Source: Tubulanus polymorphus (lineage: Eukaryota > Animalia > Nemertea). From it: DNA of 64,000 bases. Each line of letters starts with the position of its first letter. The first letter of the stretch is position 1. The notes beneath the pieces are model-generated. The model saw only the letters and a list, made by a program, of their open reading frames with translations, was not told the origin of the DNA and did not search any database. The stretch lies in NCBI RefSeq assembly GCF_964204645.1, contig NC_134026.1, forward strand, positions 16,650,150 through 16,714,149, in the 5' to 3' direction. The position numbers were made by a program, and so were the translations under genes. This document shows positions 63,101 through 64,000 of this stretch, one piece after another.

Positions 63101-64000
63101 AAGATAAAAAATTACTGTCCCGAACATAAATTGTAACACATGAAGAATTATCAAGTTACCAAAAAAGAATTAAACCTGAAAATCATATTCATACAGAAAA
63201 GTTAATGGTAACTCAGGAAGATAAATTTAATAATGTAGTACATTATAGAATGTTGAAGTTTTAGTTGAATGAAGGAATGATTCTAAAAAAAGTACATAGA
63301 TATATTTCATTCGGTCAATCTAAATGGTTAGAAAAATATATAGATTTTAACACCAAACAGAGAACTAAAGTTAAAACTGATTTTGAGAAAGATTTCTGCA
63401 GGTTAATGAATAATGCATTCTATGGCAAGACTTGTGAAAATATCAGAAATAGATATGATATTGAGTTGGTGAGCAATGGAAAACGAATTAGACATTTACA
63501 AACATATCCTAAATTTGTTGGTAACAGAATATTTGATGAAAATTTAGCTGCAGTTAAAATGAGAAGAACTTCTATGAAATTTAATAAACCAATTTATGAT
63601 GGTGCTTCAGTTTTAGAAATATCAAAATTATTAATGCATGAATTCTATTATAACGTAATACAACCTCATTTTGGTGAAAAGCATATAGAAATCATATATT
63701 TTGATACTGACAGTTACATATTAAAGATTAAAACTAATAATTAAAAAATGACAGATGATTTAAAAACATTGAAACATCATTTTGATTTCAGCAACTATTC
63801 AAAAGATCATGAATTGTTTGGCAATGATAATAAAAAAGTGCCCGGTAAATTCAAAGATGAATTAGGTGGTGAAGAAATGATAGAATTTATAGGTATTAGA
63901 TCTAAAATGTATTCATATAAAACAAAAACTCATGAAGCTAAAAAGTTAAAAGGAATTACCAAAAGCGTAGTAGAAAAGAATATTCATTTCAAAGATTACA
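60153..64000 (+). pseudogene. polB: Polinton protein-primed PolB, nearly full length, with stops and frameshifts, running off the window
   Basis: Two C2H2 fingers, NSDDKCFLWS...HYMWIK (OTU-like), YGDFES (Exo I), CFYC...RDHDH..GKFRGAAH..CNL (EndoVII/HNH insert), HNLSGYDAH (Exo II), YIDANNLYG, LMNNAFYGKT, YFDTDS. Confidence 0.95.

Overview
This is AT-rich, repeat-dense DNA from an invertebrate animal (spliceosomal introns, microsatellites, LINEs), not prokaryotic DNA. It contains at least six decayed pieces of a Polinton/Maverick (adintovirus-like) element. These are a membrane protein-capsid-integrase-ATPase block (1-4.5 kb), three protein-primed PolB pieces (15-16, 42-43.7 and 60-64 kb), an HNH endonuclease gene, a small gene stub at 40 kb, and three copies of the PolB-proximal end. 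That end forms a conserved palindrome with a shared loop, which is the most unusual signal in the window. Other mobile elements are a BEL/Pao pol remnant, a Sola1 transposase split by a Harbinger element, a deleted Gypsy-like element with both LTRs and a TSD, a 6.5-kb foldback element with AAC termini and a 4-bp TSD plus two relatives, an intron-containing Sola-like transposase, an AcademX element with ~600-bp TIRs, L2/CR1 LINE pieces, several MITEs and a large inverted duplication at 43.9-56.5 kb. A probable host gene runs on the + strand, with a signal/anchor exon at 17.3 kb and a tandemly multiplied Thr/Ser-rich exon at 28.7-31.3 kb. All family calls come from motifs read by eye; no database search was run, and identity figures are visual estimates.
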